Positions 20,329-30,043 of a DNA stretch of 64,000 nt are shown here, piece by piece. A program made the position numbers and the translations under genes. The notes beneath the pieces were generated by a model. It was given only the letters and a program-made list of their open reading frames with translations. It did not search any database and was not told the DNA's origin. The number at the start of each line of letters is the position of its first letter. Position 1 is the first letter of the stretch. Source of the stretch: an uncultured delta proteobacterium (lineage in GTDB: Bacteria > Myxococcota_A > UBA9160 > UBA4427); assembly GCA_963822965.1 (NCBI GenBank), contig CAWGJT010000006.1, positions 352,001-416,000 on the forward strand. The letters are read 5' to 3'.

Positions 20329-21090
20329 ATGACGGCCCCCCTGCGACGCTTCGACGACAAGGTCGTCCTCATCACGGGTGCCGCCTCGGGAATCGGCCGC
20401 GCCACCGTCGAGCGGATTGCCGCAGAGGGCGGCAGGGTCTTCTGCGCCGACATCCAGGCGGAGGCGGTGCAGGAGAGCGCCAAGCGCGCCCTCGAGCTCG
20501 GCCCCGACGCCGAGGCCCACGTCTTCGACGTGAGCGATCCGGCGCAGACCACGGCGTGCGTCCGCGCGTGCATCGAGCGATTCGGACGCGTCGACGCGCT
20601 CTGCAACGTCGCCGGCATCCTGCGCTTCGACCACACCCACACGATGCCTCTCGAGGACTGGAACCGGATCCTCCAGGTGAATCTCACCGGCACCTTCCTG
20701 ATGTGCCAGGCGGCGATCCCCCACCTGCTCGAGAGCCGGGGGGCGATCGTGAACCTGTCGTCCACGTCGGCGCTGGCCGGGCTGCCCTATGCGGCGGCCT
20801 ACGGCGCCTCGAAGGCGGGCGTCCTGGCCCTCACCTACGCGATCGCCATCGAGTACGGCAAGCAGGGTCTGCGCGCGAACGCCATCTGCCCCGGCTCCAT
20901 CTCGACGCCCATGACCAAGGACCCGGCCTTCCCGGAGGGCCTCGACATGAAGCTCGTCATGCGCGCCATGCCCCTCGACAAGTTCCGCGGCCCCGAGACG
21001 GTGGCGAGCCTGGTGGCCTTCCTGGCCTCCGAGGACGCGGCGCACATCAACGGCGAGCGCATCCGGGTGGACGGCGCGACCCTGTCCTGA
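20329..21090 (+). CDS. Short-chain dehydrogenase/reductase
   Basis: TGAASGIG, CNVAG, YGASK; AGGAG RBS. Confidence 0.93.
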   Translation: MTAPLRRFDDKVVLITGAASGIGRATVERIAAEGGRVFCADIQAEAVQESAKRALELGPDAEAHVFDVSDPAQTTACVRACIERFGRVDALCNVAGILRFDHTHTMPLEDWNRILQVNLTGTFLMCQAAIPHLLESRGAIVNLSSTSALAGLPYAAAYGASKAGVLALTYAIAIEYGKQGLRANAICPGSISTPMTKDPAFPEGLDMKLVMRAMPLDKFRGPETVASLVAFLASEDAAHINGERIRVDGATLS

Positions 21091-21149
21091 CCGCGCAGCA
21101 CGAGAGGCCGTAACGCGAGCGCTCGCGGCCGGGCCTCGGGGGACCCACG

Positions 21150-22070
21150 ATGACCGAAGCGATCCGAGACCAGAAGATCCTCGTCACCGGGCCCACCAGC
21201 CAGGTGGCCCTGCCCGTCGTGCGCGCGCTGGCGCCGGACAACGAGGTGTGGGGCCTGGCGCGCTTCCGCAAGCCTTCGGACCGCGCGCCCGTCGAAGCGC
21301 TCGGCGCCCGCACCGTGGCGGTGGATCTCGCCGACGGAAGCTTCGAGGAGCTACCCGACGACTTCGACCTGGTGCTGCACTTCGCGGTGGTGAAGAGCGG
21401 GGACTTCGATTACGACCTCCGGGCCAACGCCGAAGGGGTCGGCCGCCTGATGTCGCACCTGGGTCGGGGGCGACCGCCCCGGGCCTTCCTGCACTGCTCC
21501 TCGGCGGGTGTGTACGAGTACGCCGGCCACGAGCGGCTCCGGGAGACGTCTCCCCTGGGCGACAACCACCGGGTCATGCTGCCCACCTACAGCATCTGCA
21601 AGATCGCGGCGGAGACGGTGGCCCGCTTCGCGGCGCGGGAGTGGCAGATCCCGACGGTGATCACGCGCCTGAGCGTCCCCTACGGCGACAATGGCGGCTG
21701 GCCGTGGTTCCACCTGATGATGATGAAGAACGGCGCCGAGATCGTCGTCCACCCGGACGCGCCGAACCTCTTCAACCCGATCCACGAGGACGACTACATC
21801 GCCCAGCTTCCGCGACTGCTCGAGCTGGCGTCCGTGCCGGCCCACGTGGTGAACTGGGGAGGCCCCCAGTCGAGCATCGAGGAGTGGTGCGCGATCCTGG
21901 AGGAGCTCACCGGGCTCGAGCCCAAGCTGCGCGCCAGCGCCCAGGCCCTGGGCAGCGTCACCCTCGACCTGACCCACCTGCACGAGGCGGTCGGCCCGGC
22001 GAAGGTGGGCGTCCGCGAGGGATTGCGGCGCATGGTGGCCGCGCGCAACCCGGAGCTGCTGGCGGGCTGA
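21150..22070 (+). CDS. NAD-dependent epimerase/dehydratase family protein
   Basis: ILVTGPTSQVA, CSSAGVY, YSICK. Confidence 0.85.
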   Translation: MTEAIRDQKILVTGPTSQVALPVVRALAPDNEVWGLARFRKPSDRAPVEALGARTVAVDLADGSFEELPDDFDLVLHFAVVKSGDFDYDLRANAEGVGRLMSHLGRGRPPRAFLHCSSAGVYEYAGHERLRETSPLGDNHRVMLPTYSICKIAAETVARFAAREWQIPTVITRLSVPYGDNGGWPWFHLMMMKNGAEIVVHPDAPNLFNPIHEDDYIAQLPRLLELASVPAHVVNWGGPQSSIEEWCAILEELTGLEPKLRASAQALGSVTLDLTHLHEAVGPAKVGVREGLRRMVAARNPELLAG

Positions 22071-22094
22071 GGGCCGACGAGGGTGCCGTCCTCG

Positions 22095-22970
22095 TCACGG
22101 CGCCATGCGCGCGATGACCTCCTCGCCGAAGCGCGCGACGCCCTCCCGACGTTCGTCGAGGGTGCGACCCGCGAGCCCGTAGAGGGTCCACGGCAGGGTC
22201 TGCACGTGGGTCACGCCCGCGTCCTCCAGCCTGCGATAGCCGTCGATCGTGTACGCGTCCTTCGCGGCCCCGAGCACGGAGAACGGCTCGCCCGCGCGGG
22301 GCGAGTCCGCTCGTAGCTCGTGGAGGTGCCGCACGAGCCCGGCCATCTCGTCGGTCGCGTGGAGGTCGGAGATCCAGCCGTCGCCGAGCCGGGCGGCGCG
22401 GCGCAGGGCCCGGGCCGAGAACCCGCCCACCCAGATGGGAACCGGCTCCGCGGGCGCCGGTCGCATCTCCACCGGGTCGAAGTCGAAGAGCTCCCCGTGG
22501 TGCTCCACGTAGCCCTCGGCCTGCCACAGCTTGCGGATCACCTCGATCATCTCGTCCATGCGGCGACCCCGGCCCGCGAAGGGCTGCTCCATGGCGCGGA
22601 ACTCCTCGCGCATCCAGCCCGCCCCGACGCCCAGCACGACCCGCCCCCGGGACATCACGGCGGCGGTGGCGACCGTCTTGGCCACCTGGAACGGGTTGCG
22701 CAACGGCAGCACGTAGACGCTGGAGAAGAAGCGCAGGCGTTCGGTGACGGCGGCCATGGCGCCGATCGCGACCCACGGGTCGGGCCAGTCGGTGAAGGGC
22801 CGCCAGCGCGGCGCACCGTCTTCGGTGTAGGGGTACGGGGTCTCCAGGTTCCGCGGATGGATCAGGTGATCGGAGACGGCGATCGCGTCGAACCCGGCCT
22901 CGTCGCACGCGCGGGCGAGGTCGCAGAGGTCCGCCACGGGCGCATAGGCGGCATTGACGACGAACTTCAT
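22095..22970 (-). CDS. LLM-class oxidoreductase, probably F420-dependent (TIGR03619-like)
   Basis: VSDHLIHP, YPY, PDPWV, LGVGAGWMREEF, PIWVGG, RRAARLGDGW. Confidence 0.85.
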   Translation of the reverse strand: MKFVVNAAYAPVADLCDLARACDEAGFDAIAVSDHLIHPRNLETPYPYTEDGAPRWRPFTDWPDPWVAIGAMAAVTERLRFFSSVYVLPLRNPFQVAKTVATAAVMSRGRVVLGVGAGWMREEFRAMEQPFAGRGRRMDEMIEVIRKLWQAEGYVEHHGELFDFDPVEMRPAPAEPVPIWVGGFSARALRRAARLGDGWISDLHATDEMAGLVRHLHELRADSPRAGEPFSVLGAAKDAYTIDGYRRLEDAGVTHVQTLPWTLYGLAGRTLDERREGVARFGEEVIARMAP

Positions 22971-23303
22971 CGTGGGATGCCGAAAGGCCCGAGCTCGCGG
23001 AGAACGCACACGGGGATGAGCTTGCTCATGGGGGCTCCTGCCAGGCGGCCGTCCCTGCGCGGACACGGGCGGGCCGAACATAGCCCGCAGTGGATCTCCG
23101 GATCAGCCATCCCCGTCTGCTTTTTCCGCGCGATCGGATAGGCTGAAGACGGCGGAGATATCCCCGAGCATCCTCGTCCCCCCGCGCGCGCTCCGGAAGC
23201 GGCGCGTCACCCGGAAGGGTCGCACCGCAATCTACGACGACGACGATCCGGGCGAACCCCAGGCAGCCGGAACGGCCGCGCGCCGACTTCCGACGGAGAT
23301 GGC

Positions 23304-24479
23304 ATGAGCCCGCACATCGAGCCCTTCCGCGTGGACGTCCCCGAGGCCGTCCTCGCAGACCTTCGCGAGCGACTCGACCGCACGCGTCTTCCCGCGCCCC
23401 TTCCCGCTGCGGGCTGGCGGGACGGGGCCGACCTCGATGCGTTGGCCGCGCTGCTCGACCACTGGCGCCACGTCTACGATTGGCGGGCCGCCGAGGCGCG
23501 CCTGAACGAGCAGGCGCACTTCGTCACCGAGGCGCAGGGCGAGCGGCTCCACTTCCTCCACGCGCGCTCGCCCGAGCCCGACGCCCTCCCCCTGGTGATC
23601 ACGCACGGGTGGCCCGGCAGCATCGTCGAATTCCTCGACGTGATCGGACCCCTCTCGAACCCGCGCGCCCACGGAGCCGACCCGGCCGACGCGTTCCACG
23701 TCGTGTGCCCCTCGATGCCGGGCTACGCCTTCTCGGGCCCGACGCGCCAGGCGGGCTTCGACGTCCACCGGGTGGCGGACGCCGTGGCCGAGCTGATGCA
23801 GCAGCTCGGCTACGAGCGCTACCTCGCCCAGGGCGGCGACTGGGGATCCCTCGTCACCCGGCGCCTGGGGGAGACCCGCGCCGAACACCTGATCGGCGTG
23901 CACTTCAACATGCTCTTCTGCCTGCCCGAGAACCTGGCCGACCCCGCCGTCTGGGAGGACGTCACGCCCGCGGAGCTCGAGCGGTTCCAGCAGGCGGCCT
24001 CACGGATCGCGGACGGCACCGGCTACATGGCCATCCAGTCCACGAAGCCCCAGTCCCTGGGCATCGGGCTGAACGACTCGCCAGCCGCGCTCGCGGGCTG
24101 GCTGCTCGAGAAGTTCCACGCGTGGACGGACCACGACGGCGACCTGACCCGGGTGCTCTCGCACGACCAGATCCTGACGAACGTGATGCTCTACTGGGTG
24201 ACCGGCACCGCGACCTCCGCCGCGCGCCTCTACGCCGAGAGCCAGCGGGCGGGCACCGCGGCCACCTCTCCCTGGAGCGGCCGGGTGGACGTCCCCACCG
24301 GATACGCGCGTTACCCGCGCGAGCTGCTGCAGCCCCCGCGCGCCTGGGCCGAGCGGCGCTACCGGATCGTCCACTGGAGCGAGGCGGAGCGCGGCGGACA
24401 CTTCGCGGCGTTCGAGCAGCCGCGAGCGTTCGTCGACGACCTCCGGGCGTTCGCACGGAAGATCCGCCCAAACGCCTGA
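23304..24479 (+). CDS. Epoxide hydrolase (microsomal EH-type)
   Basis: IEPFRVDV, HGWPGS, PSMPGYAFS, QGGDWG, GGHFAAFEQP. Confidence 0.93.
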   Translation: MSPHIEPFRVDVPEAVLADLRERLDRTRLPAPLPAAGWRDGADLDALAALLDHWRHVYDWRAAEARLNEQAHFVTEAQGERLHFLHARSPEPDALPLVITHGWPGSIVEFLDVIGPLSNPRAHGADPADAFHVVCPSMPGYAFSGPTRQAGFDVHRVADAVAELMQQLGYERYLAQGGDWGSLVTRRLGETRAEHLIGVHFNMLFCLPENLADPAVWEDVTPAELERFQQAASRIADGTGYMAIQSTKPQSLGIGLNDSPAALAGWLLEKFHAWTDHDGDLTRVLSHDQILTNVMLYWVTGTATSAARLYAESQRAGTAATSPWSGRVDVPTGYARYPRELLQPPRAWAERRYRIVHWSEAERGGHFAAFEQPRAFVDDLRAFARKIRPNA

Positions 24480-24490
24480 GGCCGTCCTCG

Positions 24491-24688
24491 TCAGCCCGCC
24501 AGACGGAGATGCAGAACGGGACCGTCCGTCCAGGCCTCGATGTTGTCCCACTGCTCGAGGAGGCGACAGCGGGTGACCTGGGCGCTGCCCGGCGATCCCA
24601 TGCGAATGCGCATGTATCCCGCGTTGCTCCGGTTGAGGCGTTCGATGACGGCGTTCCAGTCTCTTCGCTGACTCACGTGACTCCCCAT
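24491..24688 (-). CDS. Small hypothetical protein (65 aa)
   Basis: AGGAG RBS before ATG 24688; protein-like composition SQRRDWNAVIERLNRS...RLLEQWDNIEAWTDG; GC-rich third positions. Confidence 0.6.
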   Translation of the reverse strand: MGSHVSQRRDWNAVIERLNRSNAGYMRIRMGSPGSAQVTRCRLLEQWDNIEAWTDGPVLHLRLAG

Positions 24689-24885
24689 GCTCCTGCCCGT
24701 TCTCCTGGTACCGAACTTCTTGCCTGGCCGCTCTCGTACCGGCCTTTCCCCCACTCTCCGGCCCACTGTGGTGGCGGCCTTCCTACCCATGCTGGTGCCC
24801 GTGCTCCCGGCCAACCCGGCCATACTTCGTGGACGACTCCCGGATGCTCGTCGCGGCGGCTCTCGGTGACCCTCGGCGACCAGCG

Positions 24886-24982
24886 GCCACTCTCGAACCA
24901 GCAGCCACTCTGGGCAGCCACTCTCGAACTAGCAGCCACTCTCGAGCCACTCTCGAGCCACTCTCGCTCGAGCCACCCTCGG
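24886..24982. repeat. Cluster of 7 short GCCACTCT(CG) direct repeats
   Basis: Copies at about 24886, 24904, 24917, 24935, 24946, 24957 and 24972. Confidence 0.8.
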
Positions 24983-25555
24983 ATGGGGCCTTCGGCACCG
25001 CTCGCGAGGACTCGGTTCCCTCGGCTTCGCGCGGCGACGCGAAGCGGCAGCTCGGCGGGACGCTTAGCACAGCCCTGGAATAACGTCGCACGAATCCGTC
25101 CCCCGGACGCGCCTCAACATAACATCGAAGCTCGGTGGCACGAGCAGAAGCGCTGACCGGAAGCGCCATCGTGTCGAATTCTTCACGACATGCGGAATGG
25201 GTTCTATCGACGAACTCGGAGAACACCCGAGCATCTGGAAGAGGCATGCACTTGGATTCGGACCTGGGTCCAGCCTCGGCAGGCGAGGACGAACGGATTC
25301 GTAAAGATGCAGAGGCGATGCCGGCTTCGAGCGCGAGCGATCCCGAGCGCGTCCCTGTCGCAGCTGGCGGACTCTCGCCGGAGCCGCTGGGATGCAGGCC
25401 GCGAAGAAACACCCGGCCGATCGCACAAGAAGACCGGAGCCGTGCAGCGGAAACGCCCGTGGCAGCGCGCGCGCGGAGTCGCGCACTTGGCTTCCCGGGA
25501 GAGCCCTTCCGAGGAGAGCCCTTCCCACGGCACAGGGTTTCTCAGAAGAACGGAC

Positions 25556-26195
25556 TCAGCTCTGCATCGCCTCGACGGCGGCGCGCGACAGGGCGGCGCC
25601 CGCCGGCGCCACGGCCGCGCGCGCAGCTACGCGAGAGGCCCACGCCCCGACCCCCGAGCACGCGTCGGGCACCGGGACTCCCAGGGAGGCGGCGGCCTGC
25701 ACCTGGACGAACATGGCGATGTCCGCCACCGCGTAGCTTCCGGCCAGGTAGCTGCGACCCACGAGTTCCTTGTCGAGCTGCCCGTAGAGCTGCCGGAGGC
25801 CGGCGGTCGCGCTCGCCGCGCGCTGGGCGTCCGGCGAGGAGGGTCCGGACCCGTAGAACCGCGCCTCGATCAGATCCCACACCAGGGGAAACCAGACCTC
25901 GTCGGCCTCTCCCTCGAGTCGCCGGCAACGGGCGCGGCCGGCGGCATTCTGCGGGTACAACGCGGGCTCCGGAATCCGGTCCTCGAGATACTCGAAGATC
26001 TGGGTCGAGTCGTAGACGACGACGTCGCCATCGACCAGCACGCGGGTTCAGCGCGACGACCTCGGGATGATGCGGCAGATAGCGATCGGCGAGGCTCCAG
26101 CCGACCGTCACCAGGTCGGGGTCGACGCCCTTCTCCGCGAGGGCGATGCGGGCCTTGGCGGAGAGGAGGCCCGGCGGATCGGTATACAGCTTCAT
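25556..26195 (-). pseudogene. Glutathione S-transferase family, disrupted near 26040-26045
   Basis: N-terminus KARIALAEKG...VALNPR in one frame, VLVDGDVVVYDSTQIFEYLE...YLAGSYAVADIA in another; the usual x-x-V-P segment is missing. Confidence 0.8.
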
Positions 26196-26340
26196 GGCGG
26201 GCTCTCCTGGGCACGTCGAGAGGGCGCCCGGCGAGCATCCCGGACCGCGGTGGCTTCGCGTCCCGCCCGCGCGGGTGACAGATCCATTCCGGGAGCGGTC
26301 GCGGTACCCATCGAGCGCGGGAGCTGGTAAGGATTCTTCC

Positions 26341-27825
26341 ATGTGGCTCGAGCTCGACGGAGCGGGTCCGCTCTACCGGCAGACCTATCGAGCTCTGCGG
26401 GACCGGATCCTCGACGGCGCGCTGCCGCCGGGCAGCCGACTTCCCGCCACGCGCGATCTCGCGCGCGAGCTCGGGCTCTCGCGCAACACGGTGATCGAGG
26501 CCTACCGCCAGCTCGTCGACGAGGGGTACGCGCAGGCGCGCATCGGGGCCGGCACCCGGGTGGCCTCGGCCCTGCCCGAGACGCGGACGACCGTCGATCG
26601 AGCACACGAGCCGGGCGCCGCGCCGGCGGCGCCCGCGGTGCCCCGGCTCTCCCGGGAGGGACGACGCGGCCTCGCCGCGAGCCCCCGCGGTGGGCTCTCG
26701 TGGGCCCTGCCGCGACGCAGCCTGGAGTACGACTTTCGCTATGGCGAGCCCGCCTTCGGCGACCTGCCCCTCGCCACCTGGCAACGGCTGGTGGTGCGAC
26801 ACCTTCGTCGTGCTTCGGCTCGGCGTCTCGCCTACACGCCGCCGGGCGGCGCGCCCGAGCTGCGCCGCGCGTTGGCCGACCATCTGGCCCGCGCGCGCGG
26901 CGTGCGCTGCGCGCCCGAGCAGGTGGTCGTCACCCGCGGCACCCAGCAGGCGATCGATCTCGTGGCCCGGGTGCTCGTGGATCCCGACGATCGCGTGGCG
27001 ATCGAGGAGCCCCACTACTCGGGAATCTCGCTGCGCCTCGCGGCCGCGGGCGCCCGACTCGTTCCGATCCCCGTGGACGAGGCGGGGATGGTGGTCTCCC
27101 GACTCGAGCGCGAGAGCGACCTCACCGGCGTATGCGTCACACCGTCGCACCAGTTCCCGACGGGCGGCATCCTGCCGCTGGCGCGGCGCGCCGCGTTGCT
27201 GGAGCGCGCGGCACGATCGAACGCCTTCGTCCTCGAGGACGACTACGACAGCGAGTTTCGCTACGACGGGCGTCCCATCGAGTGTCTGCAGGGGCTCGAC
27301 CGGAGCGGTCGCGTCCTCTACGCGGGGAGCACCTCGAAGCTGCTCTTCCCTTCGCTCCGGATCGGCTGGCTCGTGCTCCCCGTGCCCCTCGTACCGGCCT
27401 TCGAGACCGCGCAGGCCCTGGCCGACACGGGAAGCGCCACCCTCGAGCAGCTGGCCCTGGCGAGCCTGATCGAGGAGGGCGGCCTCGAACGGCACGTTCG
27501 GCGGATGCGCGTACGCAACGGCCAGCGACGGGCGGCGCTGCTCGACGCGTTGACCGGCGAGCTCGGAAGCGAAGCCCGCATCGGCGGTGCAAACGCCGGG
27601 CTCCACGTGCTGCTGGAGCTGCCGGGGATGCCCGCGCAGCAGGCTCCCGCCCTGCGCCGGCGTTGCGAGGCACGCGACGTCGGGCTCTATCCGGCCGCGC
27701 CCTACTATCTGTCGCCTCCGGCGCACGCGAGCTTCGTGCTGGGCTATGCGTCCCTGGACGAGACGCGCATCCGCGAGGGGGTGCGGCGGATCGCCGCCGC
27801 ACTCCGGGAGCCGGACGGCCCCTGA
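26341..27825 (+). CDS. MocR/GabR family regulator (GntR wHTH plus PLP aminotransferase domain)
   Basis: LPATRDLARELGLSRNTV, TPSHQFPTG, EDDYDSEF, GSTSKLLFPSLRIG; divergent from the GST gene. Confidence 0.93.
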   Translation: MWLELDGAGPLYRQTYRALRDRILDGALPPGSRLPATRDLARELGLSRNTVIEAYRQLVDEGYAQARIGAGTRVASALPETRTTVDRAHEPGAAPAAPAVPRLSREGRRGLAASPRGGLSWALPRRSLEYDFRYGEPAFGDLPLATWQRLVVRHLRRASARRLAYTPPGGAPELRRALADHLARARGVRCAPEQVVVTRGTQQAIDLVARVLVDPDDRVAIEEPHYSGISLRLAAAGARLVPIPVDEAGMVVSRLERESDLTGVCVTPSHQFPTGGILPLARRAALLERAARSNAFVLEDDYDSEFRYDGRPIECLQGLDRSGRVLYAGSTSKLLFPSLRIGWLVLPVPLVPAFETAQALADTGSATLEQLALASLIEEGGLERHVRRMRVRNGQRRAALLDALTGELGSEARIGGANAGLHVLLELPGMPAQQAPALRRRCEARDVGLYPAAPYYLSPPAHASFVLGYASLDETRIREGVRRIAAALREPDGP

Positions 27826-27838
27826 GCCGGGTCTCGCG

Positions 27839-28702
27839 TCAGGCGCCCCCCGCGGCGGATCCCGTCCGGCCCTCCGATTCCGCCCGGGAAAGCGGCTCGA
27901 TTCCCGCCCGCCGGGCGGCCTCCAGGGCCAGGGGAAGATCGTCCACGAGCACGAAGTCCACGCCGAGCGCGAAGAGCTCGTGCAGGTCGTCGGCCCCGAC
28001 GCCCGGCGCGCAGAAGAAGTTCACCCGCAGCCCCGCACGGTGAACCCGTTCCGCGAGCGCGGGCTCGACCGGCCCACGTGCGTAGTGGAACTGGATGAAG
28101 TCCGAGCCCGTCGCGATGGCGTGGTCGACGTAGCGGGCCCGGGACCGTTGCCGCGCGAGGTTGCAGAGGAGCAGGTCCGGGTGGACGCTTCGGGCCCGCT
28201 GCCCGGCGTCGTTGCCGCAGGCGATCACCACCTGGCGGGCGCGCCCGCTGTCCACCACGAGGCGAGCCACCTCCTCCGCGATCGGCTCGCCCCGCTTGAT
28301 CTGCAGGTTGATCCAGAGGTCGTCCGGCATCACGGCCAGCGCCTCTTCCAGTGTCGGAATGCGCTCGTTTCGGTGACGAATGCTTCCGCGGCCGCCGGCG
28401 TCGAGGCGGCGCAGCTCTACCAGCGAGAGGTCGCACACGTTGCCCCGGCCGTCGGTGGTGCGGTCCACGCTGGCGTCGTGGATCACGACGAGCGCGCCGT
28501 CGGACGAGCGCCGGGTGTCGAACTCGATCTGGTGCACCCCGAGCGCCGCAGCGTGGCGAAACGCGGCGAGGGTGTTCTCCGGCCCGCTCGCCGCGCCACC
28601 CCGGTGCGCGCACACACCCCGGTCCGGCAGGGCGACCCGCGTGGTCGCCGGGACCGAGCCCGCGAGAGATGCGTCCCCCCCAGCGCAATCACTCGTCGAC
28701 AT
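27839..28702 (-). CDS. Glycerophosphodiester phosphodiesterase family protein
   Basis: AHRG, PENTLAAF, IEFD, VIHD, DRTTDG, IPTLEE. Confidence 0.9.
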   Translation of the reverse strand: MSTSDCAGGDASLAGSVPATTRVALPDRGVCAHRGGAASGPENTLAAFRHAAALGVHQIEFDTRRSSDGALVVIHDASVDRTTDGRGNVCDLSLVELRRLDAGGRGSIRHRNERIPTLEEALAVMPDDLWINLQIKRGEPIAEEVARLVVDSGRARQVVIACGNDAGQRARSVHPDLLLCNLARQRSRARYVDHAIATGSDFIQFHYARGPVEPALAERVHRAGLRVNFFCAPGVGADDLHELFALGVDFVLVDDLPLALEAARRAGIEPLSRAESEGRTGSAAGGA

Positions 28703-28759
28703 GCGGCGGAGTCTATCACCCGCTTGCCCGGGTCGCGGGAGGCGCGGCATGCTACGGCC

Positions 28760-30043
28760 ATGTCGCTGGGCTCCCGCCTCCCCTCCGAAGACCCCGGCCC
28801 CGCCCCCCCCGGCGACGTCCCGAACGGCCGCGGGAAAGCCCGCGTGCTGCCCGACGCCCGGCGCGTCGCCGCGGCACGCGCCGCGCCGGTGAAGGGACCG
28901 CGCATCCTCTTCCTGAGCGGGGGCACCGCCCTGCGCGACCTGTCCCGCAGCCTCACCGACTACACGCACAACTCGATCCACCTGGTCACGCCCTTCGACT
29001 CGGGCGGAAGCTCGGCGCCCCTGCGCGCAGCCTTCGGGATGCTGGCGGTGGGCGACCTGCGCAACCGGCTGCTCGCCCTGGCGCCGCGACCGGGGATGGA
29101 TCCCAACGGCCTGCACGCGCTGCTGTCGGCGCGGCTCGCGCGGGCGGCGCCGCGCGAAGCGCTCTACGCCGAGCTGAAGCGACTCGCGAGCGGCGGCGAT
29201 CGGCGACTCGCGCGCATCTCCGAGAACGCGCGCCGTCTCGTGACGGAGGAGATCGGGCGCTTCCTGCGGCTGGCACCCGACGACTTCGATCTGCGCGGCG
29301 CCAGCATCGGCAACCTGGTCCTGACCGGGCTCTATCTCGACGGCCGGGACATCCACGCCGCGCTGTCGCACCTGGCGGCCCTGCTCGGCGCCCGCGGCCG
29401 GGTGATTCCCACGCTGGACGCGAACCTGCACCTGGCCGCGCGACTGGCCGACGGGACGCGGGTGGTCGGCCAGCACCGCATGACCGGCAAGGAGCACCCG
29501 CCCCTGGCGTCCCCGGTCGAGGAGCTCTCCCTCGTCGAGAGCCTCGACGAGTCGGTGGCTCCGCTCTCGTCGCGGCCCGCCATCGGCCCCGAGGTCGCCC
29601 GGCTCATCCGCGACGCCGACCTGATCTGCTACCCGATGGGCAGCTTCTACACCAGCGTGCTGTGCAACCTGCTGCCGGCCGGGATGGGCCGCGCCATCGC
29701 GTCCGCTCCCTGTCCCAAGGTCTACGTGCCGAGCATGGGGGTCGACCGCGAGCTCGTGGGCGTCGAGCCCGGCCAGACCGCCGGGCTGCTGCTCGACGCC
29801 CTGCGTGCAGACGCGGGCCCCGACACGCCCGTGGACCGCCTCCTGAACGCGGTTCTGCTCGACCCGGACTCCACGTGCTATGCCCTGCGCCCCGACACGG
29901 CGCGCATCGAGCGGTCGGGTGTCGAGGCGCTGACGACCCCCCTCGCCGCGAGGCCGGGCCGACCCCGCGCCGAGCCCACCCGGCTGGCGGAGATCCTGGT
30001 CTCGCTCGCGCGCCCGCCCGAAGGAGACGGAGCCCGCCGATGA
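28760..30043 (+). CDS. CofD/YvcK superfamily protein, GAK-system CofD-like type
   Basis: ILFLSGGTAL, YTHNSIHLVTPFDSGGSS, GDLRNRL, ASIGNL, GQHRMTGKE, LICYPMGSFYTS. Confidence 0.75.
   Translation: MSLGSRLPSEDPGPAPPGDVPNGRGKARVLPDARRVAAARAAPVKGPRILFLSGGTALRDLSRSLTDYTHNSIHLVTPFDSGGSSAPLRAAFGMLAVGDLRNRLLALAPRPGMDPNGLHALLSARLARAAPREALYAELKRLASGGDRRLARISENARRLVTEEIGRFLRLAPDDFDLRGASIGNLVLTGLYLDGRDIHAALSHLAALLGARGRVIPTLDANLHLAARLADGTRVVGQHRMTGKEHPPLASPVEELSLVESLDESVAPLSSRPAIGPEVARLIRDADLICYPMGSFYTSVLCNLLPAGMGRAIASAPCPKVYVPSMGVDRELVGVEPGQTAGLLLDALRADAGPDTPVDRLLNAVLLDPDSTCYALRPDTARIERSGVEALTTPLAARPGRPRAEPTRLAEILVSLARPPEGDGARR

Noticed and set aside
22971..23303. Riboswitch or ncRNA between the LLM and epoxide hydrolase genes
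   Set aside because: Only short GC-rich stems; no recognisable family consensus by eye, an Infernal scan would be needed
24886..24982. Mini-CRISPR or plasmid iterons
   Set aside because: Repeats are only 8-11 bp with 0-8 bp gaps; no cas or rep gene
25136..25152. Sigma-54 promoter at TGGCACG (also inside the 212-bp repeat)
   Set aside because: No TTGC -12 element at the required spacing
22095..30043. F420 biosynthesis cluster (LLM enzyme plus cofD)
   Set aside because: The CofD-like protein has GAK/YvcK-type motifs rather than those of true CofD; no cofC/E/G/H; the genes are about 6 kb apart
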